Source: the human T2T-CHM13v2.0 reference genome, Homo sapiens
NCBI RefSeq assembly: GCF_009914755.1
Contig: NC_060938.1
Direction: 5' to 3' (one strand)
Length of the DNA: 64,000 nucleotides
Below are positions 47,040 through 64,000 of this stretch, piece after piece. A program made the position numbers and the translations under genes. A model generated the notes under the pieces. The model had not been told where the DNA came from. It saw nothing but the letters and a program-made list of their open reading frames with translations, and made no database searches. Position 1 is the stretch's first letter; each line of letters opens with the position of its first letter.

Positions 47040-48161
47040 AAATGTTCATTATTACTACCGTTTTAAAATTTTCCTTTGACTAGACTGACCTCTGTGAGGA
47101 CAGTGACTGGATGAATCTATTTTTATTACCATAGTACATATAATATTAAAAAGGCGAAATAACTGATTTTCTGAATGAGTTAAACCTTATGATTAAAACT
47201 TTTTCTGAACAAAATGTAAAAACTCATTTTCTCTCTGTCAGTGTAAGCAAATTACCTTTGTAGTTTTTTAAATTGCAAGGAATGGAGGATGAAGAGCTGT
47301 TTGTTGTACAGTTAATAAAAGGAGAGAGACTTTTTTTTTTAAATGGCTACTACATGCCATTTATTTATAGCTTTATTTATTGCGTAAGACAGTTATAAAA
47401 AGCAGGTATAATTATCCTTGTTTTATAGATGAGGAAATTAAGGCTTAAAGAGGTTAAGTAATTTCTCCACCATTACAAAGATAGTGGATTGTAGAGCAGA
47501 TGTTGGAAACTGTGTATCTGCCTGTTTCTAAAATCCGTTAATATTCCACTGTACCACTTCTTGGGGGGAAAAATGCATTTAAGGAAAAAGCTAAAAATGT
47601 AACATTTACATTTTCTAGTAGGGAGAACCTAAAATGATAAAAGAAGCAGGAATCACTAGAGTGGTGGATTTTCTTGAGAAATTACTTTGGTTACCGTAAC
47701 TAGAGTAGGCATTTTGTATTCTTTTCCTATATTTATTATTTGAAGACCCAAAATGTCCTCCTACTACCCCCTTCCCTTCCACCCCTGCATTGTAATCAGA
47801 TATAATAGAGCCCGTGTTTATGGCTGCAGGGCAAATGTCTTTATTGTTGCTGGTTTTAAAGTAAAAGTTCTACATATTTATATTTGTATAGCGTATTAGT
47901 CACTCGCATCAACACTTTGAGACATTTATTTTAGCTAATGTTTTATTTAAAATCTGGCATTTTTTATCTACTAATTTCAGGTCTTACATAGAAACCTATA
48001 ATATGCACAAATGTGGCTTCATTGTTTTATCCAAAGTGGTAAGAAGACTGTTACATTGACTTTTTTAAGGCCTTGTTTTTTAAAATTTTTTGTTAACTTA
48101 GCACAGCAGAACAGTTTCAGATAGTTTATTCATTATGCTGTTTATATCCACAGAAAATATA

Positions 48162-48620
48162 TGTGAACCTCGAAAATTTGAGACACGTCTCAGTTAATTT
48201 AGAAAGGTTATTTTGCCAAGGTTGAGGACGCACCCGTGACACAGCCTCAGGAAGTCGTGTTGACATGCGCCCAAGGTGGTCAGGGCACAGCTTGGTTTTG
48301 TACATTTAGGGAGACATGAGACATCAATCAATATATGCAAGAAGTACGTTGGTTCGTTCTGGAAAGGCGGGACAACTTGAAGCAAAGGCAGGAAGACTGG
48401 AAGTGGGGAGGGAGCTTTCAGGTCACAGATTGGTGATACACAAATGCTTGCGTTCTTTTGAGTTTCTGATTAGCTTTTCCAAAGGAGGCAAATCAGATAT
48501 GCATCTATCTCAGTGAGCCGAGAAGTCACTTTGAATAGAATGGGAGAGGTTTGCCCTAAGCAGTTTCCAGCTTGAGTTTTCCTTAGTGATCTTGGGTGCC
48601 CAAGATACTTTCCTTTCATG
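48162..48620 (-). mobile_element. MER4-group (ERV1) solo LTR
   Basis: tgtgaacc...gtctcagttaatttagaaag.ttattttgccaaggttgaggac...ttcctttca; homologous to the 38560 copy in reverse orientation. Confidence 0.85.
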
Positions 48621-48871
48621 TACATTTCCTATGTTATTTCATTGATTGATTGCCAACAAAGCCTTGTTGCTCTCTTGGATGTTTGGACAAAGCTTTTGGT
48701 TGTATGCTGGAGTATGCTCTTCTCCCTTCCTCCTCCTTTCTTCTGATGAGCTTGCAGTGCTCTGGACAATTAGGAGTGCGGGTTACTTTGTGCTGTTTCT
48801 CTATCTTTTTCGCCTCGGCTTCGCAAGGACAGAGGAGATTTAGTGCAAATCCCTGAGAGTATTGGAGAAAA

Positions 48872-49425
48872 TGTTCGTTAGGTAAAAAGTAAAGTAGAGG
48901 TTCTGCTTCAAAGAGTTTCCTCCCCATCTAATTAAGACTAAATAGTAACTTATCTTAGAAGCAAAATTTATTCAAAGACCTATGCTAACATTCTTAAATA
49001 TCTGCTAGCTGTAATAAAGAAATCAGTGTATTTTATGTTCTTAGCTCCCACAATTTAGCCTAAATATTTGCCCTGGCGTGCTTATACTGGTCCAAGCAAG
49101 CATTAAGTCATAGCCTGTTCTTCTTCCTTATTTAAAAGTGTTTTTACCTTTCTCAGCATTCCACAAGTTACTTCAAGTTCTAAGTTGCTAGTCAATGAAG
49201 ACAGATACAGAATGTGAAGTCCCGTTCCAGCCAATAGAAACCGGACACAGCAGTAAAGTAGATGTGTCAAGTTATAAATGACCCTGTCTCCTTTGTTCAG
49301 TGTAGCAAAACTGCTGGCGACTGTACCCTTTTGTGCAGAAAGTAAAAAAATGGCCTTGCTGAAGAAATAAAATTTACGTTCAAGTGATACTTCTTTATAG
49401 CACCAAAGAACAAGCATTTTTGGCA
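48872..49425 (+). mobile_element. Second ERV1-type solo LTR (LTR10-like; family uncertain)
   Basis: aaagtagaggtt...cttcaaaga start; CCAAT 49231-49235, TATAAA 49273-49278, AATAAA 49366-49371 in U3-R-U5 order. Confidence 0.65.
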
Positions 49426-49759
49426 ATTGTATATTAAAATGCACATAGTTCTGTAACATAACCATGATTATTTTAACATTATGGGTTTTAAATATTTAAC
49501 CAATAGTAATTTGAAACCCCTTCCTTCTTGCTCTTCAATTTGGCAAGTAAAGTTGATGCTTTTGGAAGCTGCGTCATGTTTACCTAGTAGTTGCCTTTGC
49601 CTTGGTGTAAAATTATCTCTTTGTGCTTGAATCATGAAAGAATCAGGTATGGAATCCTCATCAAATTATAACTACCGTTTAAACAAGTATATACTTTTGG
49701 CTTTTGTTCATTACTTATTCACTTAATGAGTCGTAATATATTTTCTCTCTGTTTATTAG

Positions 49760-49919
49760 TGGCAGAATGAGAAATTTAGAAAAGAACATGTTTACAAAAG
49801 AAGCTTTAGCTTTGGCTTGGCGATATTTTTTACCTCCATACACCTTCCAGATCAGAGTTGGTGCTTTGTATCTGCTATATGGATTATATAATACCCAACT
49901 GTGTCAACCAAAACAAAAG
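49760..49919 (+). CDS. SNAPC1: SNAPC1 exon 2
   Basis: (C)GRMRNLEKNMFTKEALALAWRYFLPPYTFQIRVGALYLLYGLYNTQLCQPKQK; attag| ... |gtaata. Confidence 0.97.
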
Positions 49920-50095
49920 GTAATACTTAGTGAGTTATTTTTCCTTAGCAGAAATGTAAAACAAGTACCATATTTTTATAATAAATATTATATGATTAAA
50001 TATGATTTAAATAAAATGCCAGTATTTTAAAATTATAATATGTTTGTGAAAAAATATTTACATTTAGTACAACTTTTTTTTCTTCCTGGTTGCAG

Positions 50096-50236
50096 ATCAG
50101 AGTTGCCCTGAAGGATTGGGATGAAGTTTTAAAATTTCAGCAAGATTTAGTAAATGCACAGCATTTTGATGCAGCTTATATTTTTAGGAAGCTACGACTA
50201 GACAGAGCATTTCACTTTACAGCAATGCCCAAATTG
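50096..50236 (+). CDS. SNAPC1: SNAPC1 exon 3
   Basis: IRVALKDWDEVLKFQQDLVNAQHFDAAYIFRKLRLDRAFHFTAMPKL; tgcag| ... |gtatgt; 141 nt. Confidence 0.97.
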
Positions 50237-50353
50237 GTATGTTGCCTAAAATAATTTGGTTTTTTCAAAATGAGCAATTATACTTTATTGTCCATAAAAC
50301 CTCTCAATCTCCAGAAAATGGAATGAGTATTGATAGTGTTCAAGACTTTTAGC

Positions 50354-50962
<609 letters not shown>

Positions 50963-51517
50963 TTGTAGCTTTTTTAAAATAGGAGAAGGTATTTTCTAAT
51001 TACTACTTTTTTTTCTGCAAGCAAAAATTTAGCCTTTGCTTTTTAAATGCAGTGTATCTGGGTGCCACATATTAAGCGAACTGTTTTGAGAACAAATTAG
51101 ATTTGGCATCTGCATTTGCTCATGTCTCAAACATCAGAGGAGGTTACTGAAAGACGTACAAAATTGTTAAAAATTCTTTGGTGAAAAGTTGAAACTTCTA
51201 ATAGCATTTGTTTTTTTTTAATCTAGTGGTAATTGAGACACTAGGTTGAAGAGCACTAGTTCTGGTTCTGCCATTAGCTGGCAAATTATGTAATTTCTGT
51301 CTTATCTGAATTTGTAGGCATGTGGCATGGCATGTGAGAGGATACTTCACAAGTCTAACAGTCTTTGGAACGTGGATATTTAACAGATGTACCCTTACAG
51401 CTGGTTTTGTTTTATCTGTTTACTTATAGACAATTTTTAGTGCTGGCTTATATTTCAATACTTTTAACAATACTGTTTAAAAGATACTCATTTAAAAAGA
51501 CACGTATTATCACATAG

Positions 51518-51622
51518 CTGTCATATAGGATGAAGAAAAAAATTCACCGAGCTGAAGTTACAGAAGAATTTAAGGACCCAAGTGATCGTGTGATGAAACT
51601 TATCACTTCTGATGTATTAGAG
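51518..51622 (+). CDS. SNAPC1: SNAPC1 exon 4
   Basis: LSYRMKKKIHRAEVTEEFKDPSDRVMKLITSDVLE; cacatag| ... |gtaaat; 105 nt. Confidence 0.95.
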
Positions 51623-51959
51623 GTAAATTTTCTTTTATGCTCTTGAAAATTTTTAAAAATTGTTTTATTGCCAACTACATATTGAGGTTATACCTTCATC
51701 TACTGGATACTGATTTTTCTAATGATTTTAACCACTCTAGGATGCTATTTCTCTAGAGTATCAGACATAAAATAGCCTAAATATATCAAGGCTTACAAAT
51801 CTTGAAATAGCGTGAGAAAAAAAGATGTAGTAGACTGGACCTGGACTGAAGATGTGTGGATTCTGTTACTAAAACTATTGTTTGTATTTGACTTTAGTTA
51901 GGTCATAAAACAAGAGTTTAAAGTGACTTTACTTACTTTTTTAAAAAAACAATATACAT

Positions 51960-52579
<620 letters not shown>

Positions 52580-53114
52580 TACTTCCTGAGTTTTAACATT
52601 TATTTTAAAACCTACCATTGAAAACAGTGAGTCTATTTTGATAATATATTTTCGTATTTTGTTTGAGTGTACAGTATTGGGAAAAATCTTATGCATGGAT
52701 AAGTAGTGTTACAAATCTTTTTAAGCATGAGTAGAAAAGCATTGCTTTGAGGTTGAAACAAAATCTCAGTACAGGGTTACAGTATTCCAAATCAATGATA
52801 TTTCAAAAGAACATATAGAGAGGAGACAAGAGGGTAAGGGGACACTTTGGTCGTGCTTTTAAATTTTCTTTAAGCCTAAATGTCTCCCTCATTACTATTA
52901 GGATTATAATATTTTATTTCATTCGGTTGTTCTGCAAATTGAAATGAGGTGATGCCTAAATAGTGCTGAGTGTGGTATATTACACACAGTATATACCCTT
53001 AATAAATGTTAATTCCCTTTTTCTCCAGCCCTACTCAGTCTTTTCTTGTATTACAATTGAAAGACAGGGATCAGATCTTAGATTTACTCAAATGTTTGTT
53101 TAGATGCCCCCATG

Positions 53115-53925
53115 TTCTTTTTTTTTTTTTTTTTTTCTTGTCCCTGACACAGGATCTTCCTCTGTCACCCAGGCTGGAATGTAGTGGCACGATCTTGGCT
53201 TGCAGCAACCTCTGCCTCCTAGTTTCAAGTGATTCTTGTGTCTCAACCCACCGAGTAGCTGGGATTACAGTTGTGCACTACCATGCCCAACTAATTTTTT
53301 CTATTTTTAATAGAGGTGAGGTTTCACTGTGTTGACCAGGTTGGTCTTGAACTCCTGGCCTCAAGCGATCTGCCTGCATTGGCCTCCTAAAGTGGTGAGT
53401 TTACAGGTGTGAGCCACTGTGCCCGGTCGCCCCCACGTTGCAATAACATCAGCCTGTCAGGTTGTTTGTAATTCAGGTAGCAAATTGATTTTTGGGAGCA
53501 CTCTGGGTCTGTTCTGTAAAGTAACTTTATTTTTGAGCAAGGATCCTTAATCTCTGGCCTGGAGATGGTCCATGTCCCTCTCCCCCACCACATTGTATGA
53601 AAAATTGATGTCATACATATGGATCCTTTTTTTTTGAGATAGATTCTCTCACTCTGTAGCCCAAGTTGGAGTGCAGTGGCGCAATTTTGGCTCACTGCAA
53701 CCTGCAACCTCTGCCTCCAGGGCTCAAGTGATACTCATGCCTCAGCCTCTCGAGTAGCTGGGACTACAGGTACGCACCACCACACTCGGCTAATTTTTTG
53801 TATTTTAGTAGAGATGGGGTTTCACCATGTTGCCCAGGGTGGTCTCAAACTCCTGAGCTCAGGCGATCCGCCCGCCTCAGCCTCCCAAAGTACTGCAATT
53901 ACAGACATGAGCCACCCCACCCAGC
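53115..53925 (-). mobile_element. Two antisense Alus (53115-53427; 53626-53925)
   Basis: Reverse Alu consensus; second has TSD-like catatggat. Confidence 0.93.
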
Positions 53926-54983
53926 TCATATGGATACATTTTTAGGGTGAGGTACTGTAATTATCCTCAGATTCTCAAAGGTGTTCATGTCCCCCAAAAA
54001 GGTTAAGAATTACTGTATTACAAGGAACTGAATATTCCTCAATATCTGAAGACATAGTATAATGCAGGAACTCTGGGAAAATATTTTGTGTAGATTGTTT
54101 TACTTCTACAACATTTCTGCAAAATAAGTGTTTTTAAACATTTTTAATTATTATTTTTAAAAATAGGGGTTTTTATCCGTGATTTAAAGTTGAGGAAACT
54201 GAGTTACAGAGACTAGGTTAGGAAGTAATGGAGCTAAGCTTCATACTCAGTTTTGTATGGCTGCGGTGCCTGTTTGTTGGACAGCAAAGGACTGGTCTGA
54301 GGTGGGACTGGGGTTAGAAATTTGTCATTCAACAAACAAATGAAGTGTAACAAGAACTAGGATTTTTTTTTCCCTCTAGCAGCTTAGTGAGAAAGAGGTA
54401 GGAGAGAGTTTATGTAGAAAACTAAATAAGATAAAAGTACTTTGTGTAATAGAAGGAATTTGTATTTTGTCTTTTTGGCAGAGGGGAGTCGTAAAGTTTT
54501 AGAGATTGGAGAGACATAATGTTTATGTTTGGAGTTGAGGTAAGGAGCTAGTTAGAGGGAATGGTTGTATATAGGAGAGGTAGCGAGCAAGGTTCCTGCT
54601 ATGGAGGAGGTGGGTGTGTCTGCGATTGAGAGTCCATGGAGGGAGTAGCCTTGAGCAGAAGGCATACTTTTTCCTTTGAAACTTGAGGAAAGAAGGTGAG
54701 AATGGATTTTTATAAATCTTTGTGTAGAGGAGAAATAGAAGGCAAACAGACCTGATTGCCTGAACTTTAAGAGAGCATCATGGGGATCAGGGAACTGAGA
54801 GTTGAAAATGTTTGGAATAGCGGTTGTGGAGAATGGAAGAAAGATTTCGGGATACCAGAAAGTTGAGAAATGCTGATGTGAATCATGAAGAGAGAGGCAT
54901 AGGACATTTTCAAACAGCAAGACATTATTCTTATCAATATTCTAATGAAAAAAGATGATCTGAACCCAGTTGGTTACAATTTC

Positions 54984-55618
<635 letters not shown>

Positions 55619-56281
55619 TAAATATTTTTTCAACATATCTTTTTCAACATGCTTTTTCATTCTAAGCTCTTTTAAGTTGGGGTTGATGAACAAAGGTCTA
55701 CTCTTTTAGAGTGAATAGAGAAGAGTATCAGAAGGGTCAGGCTATGAAATGCCTATACCTGGAAGCTTTTAGGAATGGAATAGTCTGTGAAGTTATCCTG
55801 GCTCTGTCGGATCTCTGGCTTGTGACATAATTGCTTTGAGAGCCTTGTCCCTTGATACTTCTGCTGGCTCTATATCTTTTGTCCTAGCATAGCCTGTAAT
55901 CCATTCTCACTGATAATTCTTAAATTTAATACTTTTAAATTTTCCTTCTACTGCCTGCAACTGCTATTAAGTCTTCATTTCAGAAGATCTGAATTCTGGT
56001 CATGATTCTGCCACTTGTTCTAGTTTTGTGGTTAAGAGGCATAATAAAATGAAAAGAACAGGATACTGAATCAAAACATTTGACTTCTAATTCTAGCCCG
56101 CTGCTATGTAAGTAGGACCTTGAGCAAATTATTTCATTTCTGTTTCTTCATTTATACAGTTATAATAATGGACATCGTGTGCTGAGTACTCACCATATGC
56201 CTGGAACTATGCTAGATGTTTTATGTATGTTATCTCACTAATTATCATAGTAACCCTGCAGAGGAGGTGGTATTTCCTTAG

Positions 56282-56933
<652 letters not shown>

Positions 56934-57034
56934 TAGTTTGTATAAGGTGAGGCACAATAAGGTACAGACACTATGTTTGAATGTCCAAGTCTATAAGGCT
57001 CCAAAGTCCATGCACTGTCTTTTATTTCTTATTT

Positions 57035-58439
<1,405 letters not shown>

Positions 58440-58980
58440 TACCCTCTATATCTTTAATCCTGAATGTTATCGCTGAAGCAATGGGGAAGCTTATGGGAAC
58501 AGGCACATACGTTTTGGGATTTCTGTGGCAGGTTGGATGAGAGTCGTTACATAGGAATTTCCAGCAGAGCATAAAGGACTATGTAAATATTCTTGATGTG
58601 ACAATATGATATAAAAATATCTTAGTTATCAGTAGTGATATTTAATGATATGTCATGCTACAAATAATTGTGATATTCTAGAATGGAATTGTATGTTAAC
58701 TGATTTGTCTTTCCCCAATGTCTTCCCCATAAGTGTATCTTATATCTTAGTTAATGTTTGTTGAGGTAAGTCAGTAAATCCATACCTCTGGAATCCACAC
58801 CTCTATGTTAATGAAGTTGTACTATTTTGCTTACATGATTATGTTATTTTTAGTATACTATAGCATGTTATTACCTATCAACTGGAAGTCACTTTGGAAG
58901 GTGACTATTTTGTGTTGGTTTTGCCTTTTAGTTTCTCCTCAAAAAGTGAAGAAATAAAGGACTCATCTTTTTGCTTTTAG

Positions 58981-59139
58981 GAAATGCTGAATGTTCATGA
59001 TCATTATCAGAACATGAAACATGTAATTTCAGTTGATAAGTCCAAGCCAGATAAAGCCCTCAGCTTGATAAAGGATGATTTTTTTGACAATATTAAGAAC
59101 ATAGTTTTGGAGCATCAGCAGTGGCACAAAGACAGAAAG
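58981..59139 (+). CDS. SNAPC1: SNAPC1 exon 5
   Basis: EMLNVHDHYQNMKHVISVDKSKPDKALSLIKDDFFDNIKNIVLEHQQWHKDRK; tttag| ... |gtatgc; 159 nt. Confidence 0.97.
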
Positions 59140-59421
59140 GTATGCAATCACTTGTTTGGTGCCTCACCATTGTATTTTACACGAATGTTTATCCGTGGAT
59201 GATAATGTTGGGAGGCAGCCTAGTTTTAGAGGCTGTAATCCTGTGGAGCTAAGATTTATAGGGCTTGGCTTTTCTAGTTCCACTTTTGCCACTTATTAGG
59301 TATGTGATGTTATTTAACCTGATAAATGGAGTATATATGTATTTTCTTTTTTTTTTGGTAGAAGAGTAAATAATCTTGTTATACCTCAGATTTATTACAG
59401 ACTTTATAATTTGGCATTTTT

Positions 59422-59740
59422 TAGGGGTTGCACACTCAGTCTTTGGGCTAAATCCTGCACACAGATGTGTTTTGTTTGGCATAGTGTTGATTCTAACACT
59501 GTTTAAAATTTTTGAGTTAATTACCAAATTTAAGTATTTGTGAACTTCACCTAAAATTCTAGACATACAACTTCTCTTAAAATTCAGAAGGTCTGGTAAC
59601 ACTGATTCCACTTTGCTGCATGACAGCAGACAGTGGGACCTGAGTGGGGGCTTTTCCTACTGTGATAGGGCAGGTGTTTCTCTGTTTACACATTGTCTAC
59701 CTGGTATGGTTTATCTTTTTGCAAGTCTCATCAACACAGA
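59422..59740 (+). mobile_element. hAT-Charlie DNA transposon remnant (MER102-like)
   Basis: gggctaaatcctgcacacagatgtgttttgtttggc...cttctcttaaaattcagaaggtctggtaacact. Confidence 0.6.
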
Positions 59741-60281
59741 TCTTCAACTTAGTTTATTTAACCAAAAGTATTGATGCTAGAGCTACCCATATTTCACATT
59801 AGCCTTTTCCAGCTAGAGAAACTTTTTTTACCCTGGAAACCTAAAGGCTAGCCTTGTGAAATTTACTTTTGAAACTATTACTCCATCTTATTTTAGTAAA
59901 TCTAGGAAAAAAAATTTTTTTAAAGTAAGCAATTTCTGATTACTTACTATGTGTCTTGATAATGTGTTGGTGTTTTCACAAATGCCACACAGATACTGTT
60001 ATCTATATATTGTCCTTCAGAAAGATTTCTTGCTACTTTTTCACTTTCTGTTATATAAAGGAAGCTGGCTCAAAACTTAATTTTAGAAAAGATAAACAAG
60101 GAAACTGATAAGAAGATGATAGTCTCGGGAAGAAGAAAATAACTTTATTCCTCTGCATTTATTTTAATGAGAGATAGCAAGTTCTAGAATGTTTGGATAC
60201 TTTAAGTCCTACAAATAGGTTACACAAATGACTTAGGCATTTAATGTAAAAATTTGTTAGTATTCTTTATGTATATGTATA

Positions 60282-60632
60282 TAGACAGGGTCTTCTTGCT
60301 CTGTCACCCTGGCTGGAATGCAGTGGCATGACTGCAGCTCACTGCAGCCTCAACCTCCCAGGCTTAAGTGATCCACCCACCTCAGCCTTCGGTGTAACTG
60401 GGTTTGCAGACACGTGCCACCATGCCCAACTAATTTTTTTTGTTTTTTGTAGAGACAGGGTCTTGCTATGTTGCCAGGGATAGAACCAGTTTAGTTTTAA
60501 TTTTTTTTTTTTTTTTTAGAGATGGGGTCTTGCTATGTTGCCCAGGCTGGTTTGGAACTCCTGGCCTCAAGCGATCCTCCCACCTCAGCCTCCCAAAGTA
60601 TTAGGATTACAGGATTAGCCACCATGCATAGC
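60282..60632 (-). mobile_element. Antisense AluJ pieces
   Basis: Two partial reverse Alu segments. Confidence 0.85.
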
Positions 60633-60961
60633 TAGTATGCTCTTTTAATAGATAAACTCTCTTCAAAGAGCATTACTCCAAGCTCTGAAAACCTGAAGGA
60701 AAGGAGAATAAGCCCATTTTCTTACTACCACATAAAGACTACCACATGAGTTAGGAGGATTTAAGCATTTTGTTGATGAATTGTAGAACATTTTGATGTA
60801 ATCTGATGTAATCTTAATGTTAGGTGGTATATAATGTGAATGATCTTTTAGTTTTTCATTTATTAAAAATGATTTCTCACCATTCTAAAATTGATTTGCA
60901 GTTAATTGAATTGTAAATTTGTATGTGTGTATGTGTGTATGTATCTTTTTTGCTCTTTTAG

Positions 60962-61030
60962 AATCCATCCTTAAAGTCAAAAACTAATGATGGAGAAGAA
61001 AAAATGGAAGGAAATTCACAAGAAACGGAG
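60962..61030 (+). CDS. SNAPC1: SNAPC1 exon 6
   Basis: NPSLKSKTNDGEEKMEGNSQETE; tttag| ... |gtcaga; 69 nt. Confidence 0.93.
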
Positions 61031-61737
61031 GTCAGAAAACTTTGCAATTCATATTATGTGTGGCTGTGATTCTGTATACTGAGCATTGTGACCCATGGTC
61101 AGTATTATAAGACATATAAGAGAAAATTCTGAATCATGCTTCTGTGAAAAGGTAGTTTGTTCTTTACTGGAAGCCTTGTGGAGGCCACATCAGGTGTAGA
61201 TTGGGAGAGAGGATGATAATAATTTTCCGCAGGGAAAGGAAAGCTTGACTATGGAAAGTGCCCTCAGTTCGTAGAGGATCAGGATCAGGCTTTTGTAATA
61301 TATCTTTTCTCACTTGTCAGCCTTTCAACCAGTGTAGAGCCCAAGCTATTATACTATATACTGCTTCCTGCCTCCAGAGTTTTCATCCATCTTAGTGGAT
61401 GAGACAAGGAGCCATCTTTGAGTATAGGCAGATGAGGAGGGAATGGCAGTTCAGGGCTCTGCCTGATCACCCAGGCTTTCATTCATACTGTCCTCCTTGA
61501 ATCCTGAATGAAAATGATCTCTAACTATGGGGATGGTGTTATGGCACCTGCTACATCTGTGAGAGAATATGATGTATGTTTATGTGTGTGTACTCAATGT
61601 ATACCCAATGTATGTTAGTTTCTTTTACCCTACATTGTGTCTGAAATCTTATTTCTGATAATAAATACTTGGGTATTCAGTTTTTCACCTAATGTTTGTG
61701 TGTTTTAACTTTTTTTTCCTTCTTATTTTACATCCAG

Positions 61738-61800
61738 AGATGTGAAAGGGCAGAATCATTAGCGAAAATAAAATCAAAGGCCTTTTCAGTTGTCATACAG
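61738..61800 (+). CDS. SNAPC1: SNAPC1 exon 7 (gene continues beyond the window)
   Basis: RCERAESLAKIKSKAFSVVIQ; tccag| ... |gtaagt; 63 nt. Confidence 0.95.
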
Positions 61801-62597
61801 GTAAGTTATTCTTTAATAAGGTAATTTGGAAATTGACTGCTTTTTAAATTATATTTCAATTTTTCATCAAAGTAGTAATACATGTACTTAGTTTTAAAAG
61901 TCAAATAATGCTAGAGAGATTATATAGCACAACAGTCCCCTTCTCTGCCACTTCCCACCCTTGTATTCCTAACCTTCAGAGACAGCATCTTTCACTTCTT
62001 CTCTTTTAGCAGTTTCTTCTAATATTTACCTGGAATTTTGATGCCATTTCCTTTATTGTCTTCCAGCTTCTAGTATTCCTGATTTTGGAAGGTTTTAGGT
62101 TTTGCTTTGTCCCTGGAGTTCTGAAATTTCATTTAATACATATAATGTAACTTGGTGTACATCTTTTTTGTTTATTGCCCTTGGCACTCATGGTGACCTC
62201 CTTTCAATCTGATATCCTTCAGTTCTGAAGAAGTTTCTGTATTGTTTCTTTGATACAAATATTCTTTCCTGCATCTTTTCTCTTCTTCAGCTTTTCTTAT
62301 TTTTCTCTTCTATTTCCAGTCTCTGTCTCATTTTCTGTTTTCAGGGAGATTTCTTAGGCTTTTATCTTCTGAACCATTATATTGATTTAAAAAAATTTCC
62401 CCTGATATTTTTTCATTACCAGTAATTTTTTTTGTTCTCTGAATGTTTGTTTTATTTTTTTAAATGTATTTTTCTTTTTCACAGGATGCAATAACTTTTT
62501 CTCTTTAAGGATATTAACTACAGTTTTTTTTTGATGGTTCCTCCCATTTCCTTTGAGTTCTTTTTTTTCTATTTGTTTGAACTCTTTCACTTTGTTG

Positions 62598-62897
<300 letters not shown>

Positions 62898-63402
62898 CAT
62901 TTTGTTGGCTTTTTAAAAATGATTGAAGATCCTCAGATGTCTTTTCATATTTAAGGGTAGTCAAGAGGAGATCAGGAGCTTATCTAACCTCTAGATTTCT
63001 TTGTCTTGGAGCTAGTTATTTAGAGAGCAATCTTTCACTCCCTTGTCTAGGGGAGGAGGGTGGGAAATAAGCCCAGCTGCCAATGTTTTGGGAGCCTACA
63101 GAGAGAATCAGCCACGAGGCTCACCATTCCTTATGCAGGTTTCACTCAGCCCCTCTATTTTCAATAAGAGGCCTCATCTCCTTCCTCACCTACACCAGTT
63201 TCCTTTGAGCCCACATCCTTTCTCTTTTAGCCTCTTCAGAGAGCAGGCCTTCTGTTTTGTACAGGAGATCAGTTGCCTAGCTCTGAGGTTGAGGAATGAG
63301 ACACTATTCTCTATAGATTTTCAATGCACCTGCCTGTTTTTTCAGTCCCACCTCAGCCTTCCAAAGTGCTAGGATTACAGATGTGAGCCACTGTGCCCAG
63401 CC

Positions 63403-63720
63403 CTTTGCCCGTTTTTTAACGGGGTGGTTTTTTGTTTGTTGAATTAATTTTCTTATAGATTATGAATATTAGACCTTTATCGAATGCAAAGTTTGTGACT
63501 ATTTTCTCTCATTCTGTAGGGTTGTCTGTTTACTCTGTTGTTTCTTTTGTTGTACAGAAGCTCTGTAGTTTAATTAGGTCTCACTTTTCAATTTTTGTTG
63601 TCAACTTTGTCAACCATCAGGTGGTCGTAGGTGTGTGGCTTTATTTCTGAGTTCTCTGTCCTGTTCCATTGGTCTATGTGTCTGTTTTTGTACCAGTACC
63701 ATTCTGTTTTGGTTACTGTA
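63403..63720 (-). mobile_element. L1 ORF2 fragment
   Basis: Minus-strand translation [34 protein letters not shown] matches L1 ORF2p. Confidence 0.9.
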
Positions 63721-63721
63721 G

Positions 63722-64000
63722 TGTGTCTGTGGTTTCTGCATCCATGGATTGAACCAATTGTGGATTGAAAATATTTCAAAAAAAAAAATGCATCTGTACC
63801 AAATATGTGTGGACTTTTTTCCTTGCCATTATTCCTTGAATAATATGACAATCATTTACATAGTATTAGGTATTATAAGTAATCTAGAGATGATTGAAAG
63901 TATATGGGAGGAAGTGCATAGGTTATATGCAAATACTACACAATTTTATATCAGGAATTTGAGCTTCTCTGGATTTTGGTATCCGAAGGAAGTCCTGGAA
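63722..64000. mobile_element. MER2-like TcMar-Tigger element (runs off the window end)
   Basis: tctgcatccatggattgaacca...aatctagagatgatt.aaagtata...cataggttatatgcaaatactac...ggattttggtatcc. Confidence 0.85.

Noticed and set aside
54552-54920. 122-aa minus-strand ORF in SNAPC1 intron 4
   Set aside because: Non-ATG start in a purine-rich tract resembling a degraded LINE; no recognisable protein.

Overview
Human genomic DNA from the HIF1A-SNAPC1 locus (14q23). The + strand carries HIF1A exons 2-15 (2939-~30825, stop at 29650-29652; exon 1 lies upstream of the window). All splice junctions are GT-AG and keep the reading frame, and the LxxLAP P402/P564 and FIH N803 motifs are intact. An orphan CpG island at ~33480-34060 is dense in HIF sites and has a perfect minus-strand splice donor, consistent with the first exon of the antisense lncRNA HIF1A-AS3. 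An intergenic stretch of nested transposons (L1/MaLR/MER4) follows, then the SNAPC1 promoter and exons 1-7 (ATG 45337; the gene continues past the window end). More than 40 Alu elements or fragments are present. The least explained signals are two perfect tandem arrays. One is an 18-bp x 24.7 minisatellite (37886-38330) with 25 TCACATG E-boxes; one of its frames reads (CLTCHS)24, i.e. 24 CxxCH motifs. The other is a 17-bp x 6 repeat directly before the SNAPC1 start codon, in which every unit holds an RCGTG core and a GUG. Together with the HRE-rich antisense promoter, these suggest copy-number-tunable bHLH-site arrays next to HIF1A; this is a hypothesis only. Other points: an exact 30-bp direct repeat bracketing HIF1A exon 8, an Alu-bracketed exon 3-4 unit that would form a stop-free circle, a strong-Kozak smORF in the antisense first exon, and a sense LTR upstream of SNAPC1 exon 2. 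Repeat family names are by-eye calls and their boundaries are approximate.
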